Shown piece by piece: positions 17,562 through 26,924 of a stretch of DNA of 37,937 bases; positions within the stretch are counted from its first letter, which is position 1, and each line of letters opens with the position of its first letter. The notes beneath the pieces are model-generated. The model was given only the letters and a program-made list of their open reading frames with translations. It had not been told where the DNA came from and ran no database searches. The position numbers and the translations under genes were made by a program. Source of the DNA: a virus (lineage: Duplodnaviria; Caudoviricetes); the IMG/VR virus record IMGVR_UViG_3300025530_000419, positions 1 through 37,937 of that record; one strand, 5' to 3'.

Positions 17562-18995
17562 TTATTCACCTGCTTCCAGATCCTCTTCAATCTGCCGCAT
17601 GAATTCATCCTCAGGTGCCTGGTTTTCTTTCTCAATTTGTTTTATCTCTTCATCCACATCTTTCACCCAAGGATGATTAGCAATAATGGTTTTGTCAGAA
17701 ATTATGCCTTTGCTGTTCTGGCAGTCTGTAATAGCAGTTGATTCATTGATAGCTATATCACGATTAAATATAATGATAACTTCCTTATCGGACGGCTTCC
17801 CTTTCTTCGTGATCTCAAGATATTTATTTACAAAATAAAGGAGCTGTTCAAAGCTCCATTTAAAATTATCCTCCATATTATTACATTTTAAGTCCAATCC
17901 AGAATAAAGGAACTTCAAGGCTATGCCGGATGGACTATTACCAATGCTGTCCTGGCCTTTGTCTACTGCCTGGCCAAACCGGTAAATATCTTTAAGCAAT
18001 TGCTTGAAGTGCTTTTCGGCAGCATCTATATTGATGGTATGCTCTATTTTATCAATTCCTCCATCATCGTCCAACTTAACAGCCTTATAATAAGCCAGGT
18101 CTCTCATAAACTCAGACAGACTCTCACCGCCGTACCCCCGCAAGCCATATATAATTTCTTTTATCTCATCCAGCAAGTTAGCCACATCTGATCGGGATAA
18201 ATCGTATTCATCTATCAATGTCTTTACAAACTGCAGATCCGGAAGCTCATAATCGTTATTTTTCCAGGATACGAACGGAACTCTGCCCCAGGTGCCAGGC
18301 TCACCGTTAATCGTGAAATGTGGAAGCAAGATGCTACTATCATCCGGAGCATCCAAATATTTTTCTGCGTCCAGTATGACATCTCCATCTTTAGTCATTT
18401 CATAATACTCAACACCATCAGTAGTATGATATTCTATTTTTGTTACCAACCGTTTTTCTTTTCCTTCATAAACTTCAACCTGGTAATACCGGATTAATGC
18501 TTGCAATTCTTCATGATCATTATCAAGCCAGAGAGGAATGCACTGCTCAGATGGTATCTTTTTGGTTTTAAACTGACCATCTGTATCTATATAAACATAC
18601 ATCCATGCAATTCCTTTATTGCTTGCTTCCCGGCCAAGTTGTGTTAACCGGTGTTGAAAACGTTTCCCTAATGTTTCCTGAACCAATTTCAAATAATTTT
18701 TATCTTCACAGTCCATGGAATAAGGTTTAGATAATAAATAATTAACCTTATCCTCAACGAACTCATACATAAACCCATGTGCAAGCTTATGATTAGCTTT
18801 GGTTTCATCTTCAACCGGTTGTTCATCTTCATAACGGTACATCTTTCGGTCCAGAATATCATTTTCAACCCGATAATATTTTTCGCTTTTAAGCATAAGT
18901 TGTCGCTGCTTTGAAAGCTCGAATTCATCTATGTATATCTTTATCAGTTCTTCCCTAATCAGCATATTAACATCATTCCTGAATTCTATTCGCAT
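17562..18995 (-). CDS. Portal protein (SPP1 gp6-like)
   Basis: K.AH.F....V..KV.YL, WGRVPF, K.LID.YD, GNSPSG.ALKFLY..LDLK, HPWV.D motifs. Confidence 0.95.
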   Translation of the reverse strand: MRIEFRNDVNMLIREELIKIYIDEFELSKQRQLMLKSEKYYRVENDILDRKMYRYEDEQPVEDETKANHKLAHGFMYEFVEDKVNYLLSKPYSMDCEDKNYLKLVQETLGKRFQHRLTQLGREASNKGIAWMYVYIDTDGQFKTKKIPSEQCIPLWLDNDHEELQALIRYYQVEVYEGKEKRLVTKIEYHTTDGVEYYEMTKDGDVILDAEKYLDAPDDSSILLPHFTINGEPGTWGRVPFVSWKNNDYELPDLQFVKTLIDEYDLSRSDVANLLDEIKEIIYGLRGYGGESLSEFMRDLAYYKAVKLDDDGGIDKIEHTINIDAAEKHFKQLLKDIYRFGQAVDKGQDSIGNSPSGIALKFLYSGLDLKCNNMEDNFKWSFEQLLYFVNKYLEITKKGKPSDKEVIIIFNRDIAINESTAITDCQNSKGIISDKTIIANHPWVKDVDEEIKQIEKENQAPEDEFMRQIEEDLEAGE

Positions 18996-19005
18996 TTAAT
19001 CACCT

Positions 19006-20259
19006 CTATTTCAGTATGGTCATTTTGGCTTGTCTCATCTCATCCTCCATAGCATAACGAACAGCATCGATTGTGTGATTATCTTTGTCTGGATATTGAC
19101 TTATCACTTCGCCGTTTCGGTCAGTCTCAAGAGCATAATTAATAAACTCTCTTGCAGCTCTCGGGCATCTGGCGGGGTCAATTATAATCTCTTCAATATC
19201 CTCGGATAGAAACTTAATACCGTAATCTACTGAATCCGGGCCTTTCTTTGCACCTTTTATCTTCATCCCGTAACTTTTTAATTCCGCTATACTCTTTGGC
19301 TCTGCGCTGTCGGCGATTGTTACAGTATCCAAATCATCTTTAATTTCATCGTATAGTTTTCTATTCGATACTTGTATGCCGCTAAACTCATAGAACAGAT
19401 ATAGCCTTCGTCTTGTCTTATCGTAGTGCATCTTTAAAAAAGCCACCGGATCTACAGCATAGCCAAAATCCAGGCCTTGTTTAATCCTGTCAAATCTTTT
19501 GATTTCCTCATCTGTAATTTTCCTAAGTGTAACATTTCTAAATACTTCAAGGCCGGTTCCGGTCTCTTCCCCAAGATACTCGTGCCGGTATGCCATCTCG
19601 TTAACCTTTTCCAAGTGCTCAGCCTCAACAATAAAAGTTTCACCGAGCCATTGTCTCGGAACCGACCTATAATCTGAATGATGCACAAATCTACCGGCTT
19701 TATCTATTTTTGCTTCCTGGTTAACCCATGAACGTGAAGATTTTGGTGGATTGTATGTGTAAAAAACAACAAACTTCTCGCCGCCACGCATGAGCGATTG
19801 ATTGATTGTTCTTATCTCTTCCGGACTATAGAATTCATCCAGCTCTTCATACCAGATGTATTTAATGTAACCCTTCTTAACCTTAGTTGACTTAATCTTC
19901 TTAGGTTTGTCTGCGCCCCGGAACAATATTTTCTGGCCGGTGGGCAAATAAACTATTTCCATAGGAGATTTTGTACATTTCCACTTGTCAGCTACACCCA
20001 GTTTATCGATAGCCCATTCTAGCTGTTCATATACACTATCTTTCAGAGTTTCCTTTACTTTTCTTAATGCAACTGCATTTGTATATTCTCCATTTTGAGC
20101 GTCCCTCATCATACCCAGAATAATTTCCACACTGACAAATGTGGATTTGGTAGAACCACGGCCACCCTTAAGCATGTATTCAGTATACCGGTTTTCCTTT
20201 ATAGCTTTATGGACACTATAAAAAGAAGGTGCGATTAATTCAGATAATTTAACTATCAT
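19006..20259 (-). CDS. Terminase large subunit (PBSX family)
   Basis: Walker A KGGRGSTKS, Walker B W.EE, TYNPP, nuclease motifs GLDFG and DNHTIDAVRYA. Confidence 0.96.
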   Translation of the reverse strand: MIVKLSELIAPSFYSVHKAIKENRYTEYMLKGGRGSTKSTFVSVEIILGMMRDAQNGEYTNAVALRKVKETLKDSVYEQLEWAIDKLGVADKWKCTKSPMEIVYLPTGQKILFRGADKPKKIKSTKVKKGYIKYIWYEELDEFYSPEEIRTINQSLMRGGEKFVVFYTYNPPKSSRSWVNQEAKIDKAGRFVHHSDYRSVPRQWLGETFIVEAEHLEKVNEMAYRHEYLGEETGTGLEVFRNVTLRKITDEEIKRFDRIKQGLDFGYAVDPVAFLKMHYDKTRRRLYLFYEFSGIQVSNRKLYDEIKDDLDTVTIADSAEPKSIAELKSYGMKIKGAKKGPDSVDYGIKFLSEDIEEIIIDPARCPRAAREFINYALETDRNGEVISQYPDKDNHTIDAVRYAMEDEMRQAKMTILK

Positions 20260-20965
20260 CAGTATCACCTTCTATGTCATCAATAATAGTAACATTTGTA
20301 TCGCTGCCTCTGCTTTCTTCAAGAACTTTTATTTCACTCTTAAGTTTCTGCATCCGGAGTTTTTGTTCTTCAGTAGACAGATCCCAACTTTTATGCAGCA
20401 TCTCATCATATTGTCGGATCATGCTTTCCAGTGTTTTCATGGCCCGGCTTTGTGCCTGCAGGAAATTAGCATGCTTGTCCCAGGCCTGTTGCACTTCCCA
20501 ACGCTCACCGATAACATTACCGAATTTCTCTTCTATCTTTTCAAGAGTTTTATCCTCCTGATCCTTAACGAACATAATTTTCTGTGCTCTTACTATGGCC
20601 GTAAACTGTAACATAATATTATCCCACAAGATATCAAGAGGATCTTTCTGCTGTATCTCCTGGAAAATCTCAAATGTTTCTTCCGGTAGCCACTTGGCAA
20701 AAAAGCCATGTTTCTCCGCATTTTTATTTTCTTTCGGAGCTCCATGGCCTACTGCATTTTTATTTCCAGGCTGACCGCCTTTATTTCGTTTCGCAACGTT
20801 GCATTTATTCTTTTGTAACGTTGCATTACTCCATTTATATCTATTTTTCCAACTTCGGACTGTACCTTCGGGGACTTCTAATTGCCTTGCTATTTCAATC
20901 AATTTAAGCCCTTGCTGGTACAGTTCGAAGGCTTTTTCTGCTCTTTCATCAGGTGCCCTTGCCAA
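20249..20965 (-). CDS. Terminase small subunit
   Basis: N-terminal HTH (L.EIARQL.V.EGTVRSWK.RYKW), GGQPGNKNA, N.NAEKHG, EVQQAWDK motifs. Confidence 0.92.
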   Translation of the reverse strand: MARAPDERAEKAFELYQQGLKLIEIARQLEVPEGTVRSWKNRYKWSNATLQKNKCNVAKRNKGGQPGNKNAVGHGAPKENKNAEKHGFFAKWLPEETFEIFQEIQQKDPLDILWDNIMLQFTAIVRAQKIMFVKDQEDKTLEKIEEKFGNVIGERWEVQQAWDKHANFLQAQSRAMKTLESMIRQYDEMLHKSWDLSTEEQKLRMQKLKSEIKVLEESRGSDTNVTIIDDIEGDTDDS

Positions 20966-21001
20966 GCCTCACCACCTCGTATTCGTTTGTTTTGCAAGCA
21001 T

Positions 21002-21029
21002 AAGAAAAAGCATCCGTTGATGGATGCTT
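21002..21029 (-). terminator. Rho-independent terminator of the moron gene
   Basis: AAGCATCC-N6-GGATGCTT followed by a T-tract on the - strand. Confidence 0.75.
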
Positions 21030-21040
21030 AATAATTAATT

Positions 21041-21517
21041 TTAAGAAAATAATTCATCAAACCTATCATTTTTTATAGGTAATGCGTTATTTCTACCTCC
21101 GCCCATTGCAATGCGAAAAGCCCGCTCATGTTTCTTTCGACTTATAGTAATCGTTTTTTTATTATTTGTAAATATTTTCAATATTTCATCTTTATTCAAA
21201 ATTGCCAATTCACTTTCTTTAAGGTCAGCAGAACCACAAACTAAAAATAACAATACATTTTTCCCTTCATTGATATATTTCATAAGCTCTTCATAATCAT
21301 TTTTTAAATTAAAATCCCAGCTACTGTAATTATCTGTTTTTACTTTCTTTTTTAAAGTTCGATATTTTAAAAATGCCCTGTATTCATTTTTATTTGTTGT
21401 TAAATCATATACTTGCCTGTCGCTATTATTTTCAATTAAAATTGGATTAACATTTTTGCTAATCAGCATTGATAAAACTGCCCCGTAATAAAAATCAGCC
21501 TCTTTAAATTTAGGCAT
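21041..21517 (-). CDS. AT-rich moron, hypothetical protein (possible restriction-endonuclease-like fold)
   Basis: Own promoter, SD and terminator; visibly more AT-rich than the flanking genes. Confidence 0.75.
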   Translation of the reverse strand: MPKFKEADFYYGAVLSMLISKNVNPILIENNSDRQVYDLTTNKNEYRAFLKYRTLKKKVKTDNYSSWDFNLKNDYEELMKYINEGKNVLLFLVCGSADLKESELAILNKDEILKIFTNNKKTITISRKKHERAFRIAMGGGRNNALPIKNDRFDELFS

Positions 21518-21546
21518 ATCCTTACCCCCTAATTCATTTTACCATA

Positions 21547-21575
21547 ATTATACATCATATTACATTATTCTTCAA
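21547..21575 (-). promoter_or_regulatory. Sigma-A promoter of the moron
   Basis: TTGAAG-17 bp-TATAAT on the - strand, about 30 nt upstream of the ATG. Confidence 0.75.
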
Positions 21576-21579
21576 TAAC

Positions 21580-21615
21580 AAAAAGGCACCCGTGCTCAAC
21601 ATCCGAATGCCTTTT
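21580..21615. terminator. Hairpin, possibly a bidirectional terminator, upstream of the moron
   Basis: AAAAAGGCA...TGCCTTTT inverted repeat. Confidence 0.55.
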
Positions 21616-21717
21616 AAATATAATAAATAATAGGGGGTTAAATGAGGGGTAATCAGCCACCAAGCTATGACACTTGGCAGCTGTCAGGAGGTTGTCTGGA
21701 TGCAACCTTCCGGGTAT

Positions 21718-21752
21718 ATATTAACATATCTTTGTATATCATAAAATATCAT
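21718..21752 (-). promoter_or_regulatory. Putative activator-dependent late promoter
   Basis: Three GATAT units at exact 10-bp period (21726, 21736, 21746) upstream of TG-t-TAATAT, no consensus -35; lies upstream of terS. Confidence 0.55.
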
Positions 21753-21978
21753 GTAAGATTGGGTAATTAACATTCAGTGTGGATTTAAGGGAAAATTTTT
21801 TTAAAATTTCCCCTCATCCATAATTTTCAATAATGTGGTTATGTCCACGCCGAAGCCCCTATACTCATAATCCTTATTACAATTTGTGCCTAAAGAAAAC
21901 TTATCTATTACCCTGAAACCATACACGATAAGGGCTGATTTTAGTTGGTTTCAAGTGAAATTTCCTATTGTTCTATAG

Positions 21979-22206
21979 TCAATCATCAACTATTAACAGT
22001 ACAGGGATAACTTCACAACGCTTTCCATTTTCATTTAACTTGTTGGCTTTATAACAAGCATCTTCAAACGGTAGAAAAGTGGCTGAACTTAAATTAAGTG
22101 TGGACATAATCCCATCTCTATTCCCGCTAAATCCTCCAGACATCCAATAAGAACCATCTTCTAGTAAAATTACATGAACATTGTCTCTATCTTTTATTGG
22201 TTGCAT
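21979..22206 (-). CDS. Hypothetical protein
   Basis: ORF abutting the YopX stop, with an SD inside the YopX 3' end. Confidence 0.6.
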   Translation of the reverse strand: MQPIKDRDNVHVILLEDGSYWMSGGFSGNRDGIMSTLNLSSATFLPFEDACYKANKLNENGKRCEVIPVLLIVDD

Positions 22207-22611
22207 CTAGTTCACTCCTTCTAGCAATTCTGGGTTTTGCCATACATTACCTATTACTTCAAATGTCTCGATTTGGAAAGATGCAATAGGTGTATTCAAT
22301 ATTTTATTGTTGTATCTGACTTTATTTGCGTCCCTAACCCAAAATACGCCTTTTTCAAACTCAATTCTTACATTCCAACATCCTTCACGCCGCAATATAT
22401 CGCCATCATATATCCATTGCATTTTTTTGTCTTTGCGTGTAGTGTATTGCATTACATGTATTGGCGGCACATAATCTAAGCATATTGCCCCTTCACTGTG
22501 AACAACCCACAAGCAACCATTTCGCACTTCAATATTCGTGCAAAAATCAAAGTAATGCATTTCCTTCCAGAAGTCATCCCATACTCGGAACCTATACTGG
22601 CTTTCTTTCAT
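22207..22611 (-). CDS. YopX-family protein
   Basis: FRVWD, MQYT..KDK....IYDGDIL and EVIGNV.QNPELLE motifs. Confidence 0.88.
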   Translation of the reverse strand: MKESQYRFRVWDDFWKEMHYFDFCTNIEVRNGCLWVVHSEGAICLDYVPPIHVMQYTTRKDKKMQWIYDGDILRREGCWNVRIEFEKGVFWVRDANKVRYNNKILNTPIASFQIETFEVIGNVWQNPELLEGVN

Positions 22612-22690
22612 TATCCTTCCCCTCACTCACCAGTTTGGTTTGAACTTCGCAGTTCTTGATACAATACCCGTAAAATTTTAGTTTTGCTTA

Positions 22691-22936
22691 CTAAATACTA
22701 TCAAATACTTCATTTTTTCTTTCTATTTTCCCCGTATTTGGATTTAGTCTATCTTCTCTTTCGTCGATGCTTATGCAATAATAATTACCATCATATCCTT
22801 TAACTTCTATACAGTCATCTAGGGCGGATATTGCCAAGTCGATAGTTTGCCTAGATATGGTTTCTTTAAATGCATCACCTTTGTAGTCTTTTAATTCTTC
22901 TATAGCCTTTTCAATTTCTTGCTTATTCATTTCCAC
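22691..22936 (-). CDS. Hypothetical phage protein
   Basis: IEKAIE.L...LAISAL type N-terminus; coupled to the upstream ORF. Confidence 0.55.
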   Translation of the reverse strand: MEMNKQEIEKAIEELKDYKGDAFKETISRQTIDLAISALDDCIEVKGYDGNYYCISIDEREDRLNPNTGKIERKNEVFDSI

Positions 22937-23129
22937 CCTCCTCTACATTTGCTATGTAGGCGTCTATATCTATTAGATTCTTTAATTCAGTTTCGCAACA
23001 CGGCGGAAATATAGGCTCTCCACCTGCATTTGTTACTCCTTTATCACAATCATTCTCGTATATACAGTATGTGCAAAGTGTGTCCGGGTCTTCTTCTTGT
23101 AATCTTGCTAATGCCTCTTCTTTATTCAT
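22923..23129 (-). CDS. Hypothetical Cys-rich protein
   Basis: SD GAGGAGGTG; CTYC...C...PPCC. Confidence 0.65.
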   Translation of the reverse strand: MNKEEALARLQEEDPDTLCTYCIYENDCDKGVTNAGGEPIFPPCCETELKNLIDIDAYIANVEEGGNE

Positions 23130-23174
23130 GCATCCACCTCCTCGTTTCGTATTTTGTTAACTCCTTTCTAAATC

Positions 23175-23588
23175 TTAATTTAACTTAAAATTACTCAAAG
23201 CCTTACTATGTAGCCTATGTGTCTGCATCCAACTGTATCCTATTTCGACGCAAATTTGCTCCCAGGGCTTAAATTCTAGGTATCGTTTTCTAAGAATATC
23301 AGCTTCTATCCCGTCTTCCATATCAGCAATCCGATTTTCGATTTCCAGCTTTCTTTCAATACATTCGGACCTCAGCCTGACAATCTTTGTGTAAACCACT
23401 TCAATTTTTACTATGTAGTCAGATAGATCCATTTGCTTAGTCCCTTTTGGCATATCTGAAAGCTTTTGGATTTTTGCCGACTGCTCAAGTTCTCGCAGAG
23501 ATTGTAGCTGATCTTCAAGTGATTTTAGTTTGTCGCATAAAGCTTTGTAGCTTTTTAAATAATTCTTCTTTTCTTCATTTCCGGTCAT
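23175..23588 (-). CDS. Late transcriptional activator (DUF1492/ArpU-RinA-like, sigma-4-like HTH)
   Basis: KK.YL..Y, LSDMPKG, ILRKRYL....WEQI...IGYS..Q.HRLH.KAL. Confidence 0.85.
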   Translation of the reverse strand: MTGNEEKKNYLKSYKALCDKLKSLEDQLQSLRELEQSAKIQKLSDMPKGTKQMDLSDYIVKIEVVYTKIVRLRSECIERKLEIENRIADMEDGIEADILRKRYLEFKPWEQICVEIGYSWMQTHRLHSKALSNFKLN

Positions 23589-23602
23589 GCTCTCACCGCC
23601 TT

Positions 23603-23902
23603 TTATAGCTTATACTTATCTGCACATTTACTGCACAGATTCCAATCCACCCAATAACATCCTCCTGGACAAGCTTGGTCCCATGTGCACCCACATATCC
23701 GGCATTTACGTTCGCTGCATGTATCACATTTATCTGTATCCTCATAAGGACAGTTTTCACAAATACTGCTTTCGAAACTTATTTCCAAGTCATCCGGATA
23801 CAGCCTGTCCATTAATTTAAGCTTAATTTTTTCAGGTAAAAGCCTGCATATTTTTATTAATAACCGCCTAAATGGCTGTTTGAAGTAAATTGCATTACAC
23901 AT
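23603..23902 (-). CDS. Hypothetical protein with C-terminal Cys-rich zinc finger
   Basis: RKCRICGCTWDQACPGGCYWV...LCSKC. Confidence 0.7.
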   Translation of the reverse strand: MCNAIYFKQPFRRLLIKICRLLPEKIKLKLMDRLYPDDLEISFESSICENCPYEDTDKCDTCSERKCRICGCTWDQACPGGCYWVDWNLCSKCADKYKL

Positions 23903-23918
23903 ATATTTACTCCTCTCG

Positions 23919-24077
23919 TTATTTCATCCTGAAATGTGACCAGCTACAGTAATATGTTGTCTTGCCTCTTACAATCCGCTTATATACATACTCACTGCGG
24001 TTCATATGTAGTGAAAAATAAATTTTCTTGCCACATACAGCACAAGTCTCATATTCTTCAGGGACACTCCTTTTCAT
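23919..24077 (-). CDS. Small zinc-finger protein (TRASH/YHS-like, 52 aa)
   Basis: Manual translation MKRSVPEEYETCAVCGKKIYF...TYYCSWSHFRMK; fills the gap between neighbouring genes. Confidence 0.7.
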   Translation of the reverse strand: MKRSVPEEYETCAVCGKKIYFSLHMNRSEYVYKRIVRGKTTYYCSWSHFRMK

Positions 24078-24594
24078 CAGGTTTCTTTTCCCTTTTATTA
24101 CGTCTTATACCGTGTAAATAAAGAAAGTTGTTTACGGTGCTTTCTTTTACGCCAAAGTAATCTGCAATTTCTCTCCGGTTCTTACCTTCAGCGACATACA
24201 TTCTTGTTACTGTTTCAACTGTCATGTTTTCCGGGTACCGACTGCGACTCTTTCTTTCCGGAGAATCCGTTTTAATTATCTCTTCACCGGTTATACAGTT
24301 TTTCGCAATAACAACTGGCTCAGATTTTATAAGACCCATCAATTCTTCAAGCTTTGCTACTTTCTCATTCCTGGTATTAATCAATTCAGCCCTGACAATA
24401 TCAAGTAGTTTTTGCTTACTTTCTGCGCTAAGCGCATTCAGAAAAACATTACCTGTATCTCTCTTATAAATTAAAACTTCTCCATTCTCGGTCATTGTAA
24501 TCAACTGATTAAGTTCGTTAATTGTATCAGCCATGACCTTAAGTTCATTTGCTTTATGTATTGCCTTTTCAATAAGTTCCATCATCCTTAACAC
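24058..24594 (-). CDS. Hypothetical protein with C-terminal HTH
   Basis: MYV.EG.NRREIADYFGVKESTVNNFL. Confidence 0.75.
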   Translation of the reverse strand: MLRMMELIEKAIHKANELKVMADTINELNQLITMTENGEVLIYKRDTGNVFLNALSAESKQKLLDIVRAELINTRNEKVAKLEELMGLIKSEPVVIAKNCITGEEIIKTDSPERKSRSRYPENMTVETVTRMYVAEGKNRREIADYFGVKESTVNNFLYLHGIRRNKREKKPDEKECP

Positions 24595-24608
24595 CGCCTT
24601 TCACATTT

Positions 24609-24812
24609 TTATTTTCTCTCCATAAATCTATCCTCTATGATTTCTACAAGCTCCAATATGATCTGTCTACACAAGTTATACGGATATTTCTCATTCAACT
24701 CCCGAGCTTCTTGCATGAGCCTATCCCAGTCCGGATCAGTAACAGATATCCATTTGGTGTAGAATAAATAGGTTTCTTTAAATATAAGTTTTACTTGTTC
24801 ACTATTCGGCAT
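24609..24812 (-). CDS. Hypothetical protein
   Basis: SD AAGGAGGT, immediately downstream of the origin. Confidence 0.7.
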   Translation of the reverse strand: MPNSEQVKLIFKETYLFYTKWISVTDPDWDRLMQEARELNEKYPYNLCRQIILELVEIIEDRFMERK

Positions 24813-24826
24813 TTTTACCTCCTTTG

Positions 24827-25097
24827 CGGTACCCAGTAGTACCCAGTGCTTATAAATGACTGGGTACCGCTCAAACTCTTGATTTTACTAGCAAAACCTT
24901 TACGGTACCCAGTGTACCCGGTATATTTACGCGCGCATAGGAAGTAGTTTTTTATATATTTCATTCCAAAATATATTTTGTATATAATATTATTTAAAAT
25001 TACTGGGTACTCTGGGTACTCGACCCGCAAACCCTTGATTTTACTGACTTTATCGGTTCCCAGTAGACTGGGTACCGCTGGGTACCAGTGGGTACCG
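24827..25097. repeat. Putative replication origin: GTACCCAG-type iterons in both orientations around an AT-rich core
   Basis: About 11 copies of (G)GTACCCAG/CTGGGTAC variants, AT-rich stretch about 24945-25000, directly after the helicase stop. Confidence 0.8.
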
Positions 25098-26924
25098 TTA
25101 ATCCATAAATGGTAGCTCTTTTTCATCAACCTCAACAAATTCTGTTTCACCCTCAGGTATGCAAATGCACCAACGCTTACTCCCATTTATGCTTATTTTT
25201 TTATAATTCCGGTCTGCTTCAGTTTCACTCAGTCCTTTATGTTTCATCCAGCTAGCTAAAGCTTTAGGATCGAATCCACCTTCATAACAAATCTTTTCAA
25301 ATATACTTTGAATAATATTAATTTTCCCTCCGGAAACACTACCCCAACATTCGGTCGATGCCGTTTCACCTGGCTTATTAAACTTATAATAATTAGCCGC
25401 AATTATGTCCCTTAAATAGTCGTATGCCCTGATATTGATATCGATTGATTCTTTGGTTCTGAGATATTTCTCAATCTCATCAACTTTAAGAGCATTTCCG
25501 TCACAAAATATCCATTTTGTAGCCAATGCGTCAGCTGTAAGTATTGTAGCTGCAGCCATTGTCTGCTTTTCTGTAGTGTCGCTTCCAAGAGCATCATAAA
25601 ATTGCTTATATAACCGATTTGCTTCTTTTTTTGCATTTTCATTATCCAAAAACATGATAAATAATTTACCTGCATGTCCAAAATTGTTTCGGATAACATC
25701 AGCCACATAAGGAGCGTCAGCAAAAAGTTTTTCTTTACATTCAATTTCAATAATTCTGTTCAATGCTCCGGCTCCTGATGCGCTATTAGTTATAGGACAT
25801 TCACCAGATGTCAGAGTGCAATTTTTCCAGGTCTGAGTATCCTGTAATCCACCTGTCTTTTTGCCGCGAATCCGCCCAACACCTTCACAAATCATATACA
25901 CAATAGTTTCAAAAGATTTTTTGTCCTTTACCAGCTGAAATTCATCCAATATCAATGGCATGCTGTTCACAAAACCGCCTAATAGCTCTATACCAACCAT
26001 GGTCCCGTTAAAGGTTTGGATGTAACCATCCTCTCCAGGATTCGCCCAAACAGAAGCCGCGAGCATAAGAGATACTGTTTTACCTACTTCAGAACCACCC
26101 CAAAGATGAACCATAAAATTTAGCTTGCCAAGAATTTTCAATAAAACACTAGCAAAACTGGCTGCTAACATAACCTTTGCAGGTGAGTCAGTTTTTCGAA
26201 CTTCCCTGGCTACTTTTAACCATTCATCCAGGCTTCCTTCCGTACGAACTGAATCATACATTCCTTTAAAATTATTTGCCCCATCAAAAACCAAATCCTC
26301 AACATACGGACTAAACCCATCTGAATTGGTCCATCCTAAACGTCCAACAGATTTTCTTACCGGTATCCGGTCATAATTTAAATTTTCAATATCATGCAGG
26401 TACCGGACTAAATACCGAGAATTTTCGCTTGTAACAGCTATCCCGTTATTGGCCAGATCCAATATATTAGTTGCACTGGCCAGGGTTTTCCTGTCGTATA
26501 TTTCAGACCGCCATATACTACCTCTCTTAAATGCAATCCTGAGCTTTTCCACGCCTGTATCAATATTGACCAGCCTTTCTACCGGCATAATAGGATGTAC
26601 GCAGGCAATATCCTCACCGTTACGTTCATTTCTTCTTGTGATGCCGAAATCATCTGCGTACCATTCGCCTGTTTTTAATTCCAGGGGCTGTCCTTCAAAC
26701 TGAGTTGCATTATCAATAACAACACCTTTGGCTGCTTGTGATTCAGCATAAGCTCGGAACATCCTTGCAAAGCCTTTAAAGCCGACTTTTTCAGCGTTTT
26801 CAGTAAGTGATGTAAGTCTTTGGTTAAACTTAAACCGGTCATTTCGCAGCGCGAATAGTTCACGGTATGGCTCTTCTGTATTAAATTCCTGCTTTGTGTA
26901 ATATTTAACTGATGTATTTCCCAT
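25098..26924 (-). CDS. DUF927-domain replicative helicase (Cch-like)
   Basis: HPI.PVERLVNIDTG.EK, RLGW, Walker A GGSEVGKT, Walker B LILDE, TSGE.PI, GA.NR.IE. Confidence 0.88.
   Translation of the reverse strand: MGNTSVKYYTKQEFNTEEPYRELFALRNDRFKFNQRLTSLTENAEKVGFKGFARMFRAYAESQAAKGVVIDNATQFEGQPLELKTGEWYADDFGITRRNERNGEDIACVHPIMPVERLVNIDTGVEKLRIAFKRGSIWRSEIYDRKTLASATNILDLANNGIAVTSENSRYLVRYLHDIENLNYDRIPVRKSVGRLGWTNSDGFSPYVEDLVFDGANNFKGMYDSVRTEGSLDEWLKVAREVRKTDSPAKVMLAASFASVLLKILGKLNFMVHLWGGSEVGKTVSLMLAASVWANPGEDGYIQTFNGTMVGIELLGGFVNSMPLILDEFQLVKDKKSFETIVYMICEGVGRIRGKKTGGLQDTQTWKNCTLTSGECPITNSASGAGALNRIIEIECKEKLFADAPYVADVIRNNFGHAGKLFIMFLDNENAKKEANRLYKQFYDALGSDTTEKQTMAAATILTADALATKWIFCDGNALKVDEIEKYLRTKESIDINIRAYDYLRDIIAANYYKFNKPGETASTECWGSVSGGKINIIQSIFEKICYEGGFDPKALASWMKHKGLSETEADRNYKKISINGSKRWCICIPEGETEFVEVDEKELPFMD

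Noticed and set aside
21580-21800. tRNA gene in the pre-terminase intergenic region
   Set aside because: Hairpins are present but no cloverleaf or T-loop (GTTCRA) signature was seen
24815-25186. 123 aa ORF across the origin
   Set aside because: Translation of iteron repeats, overlaps the helicase 3' end, no SD
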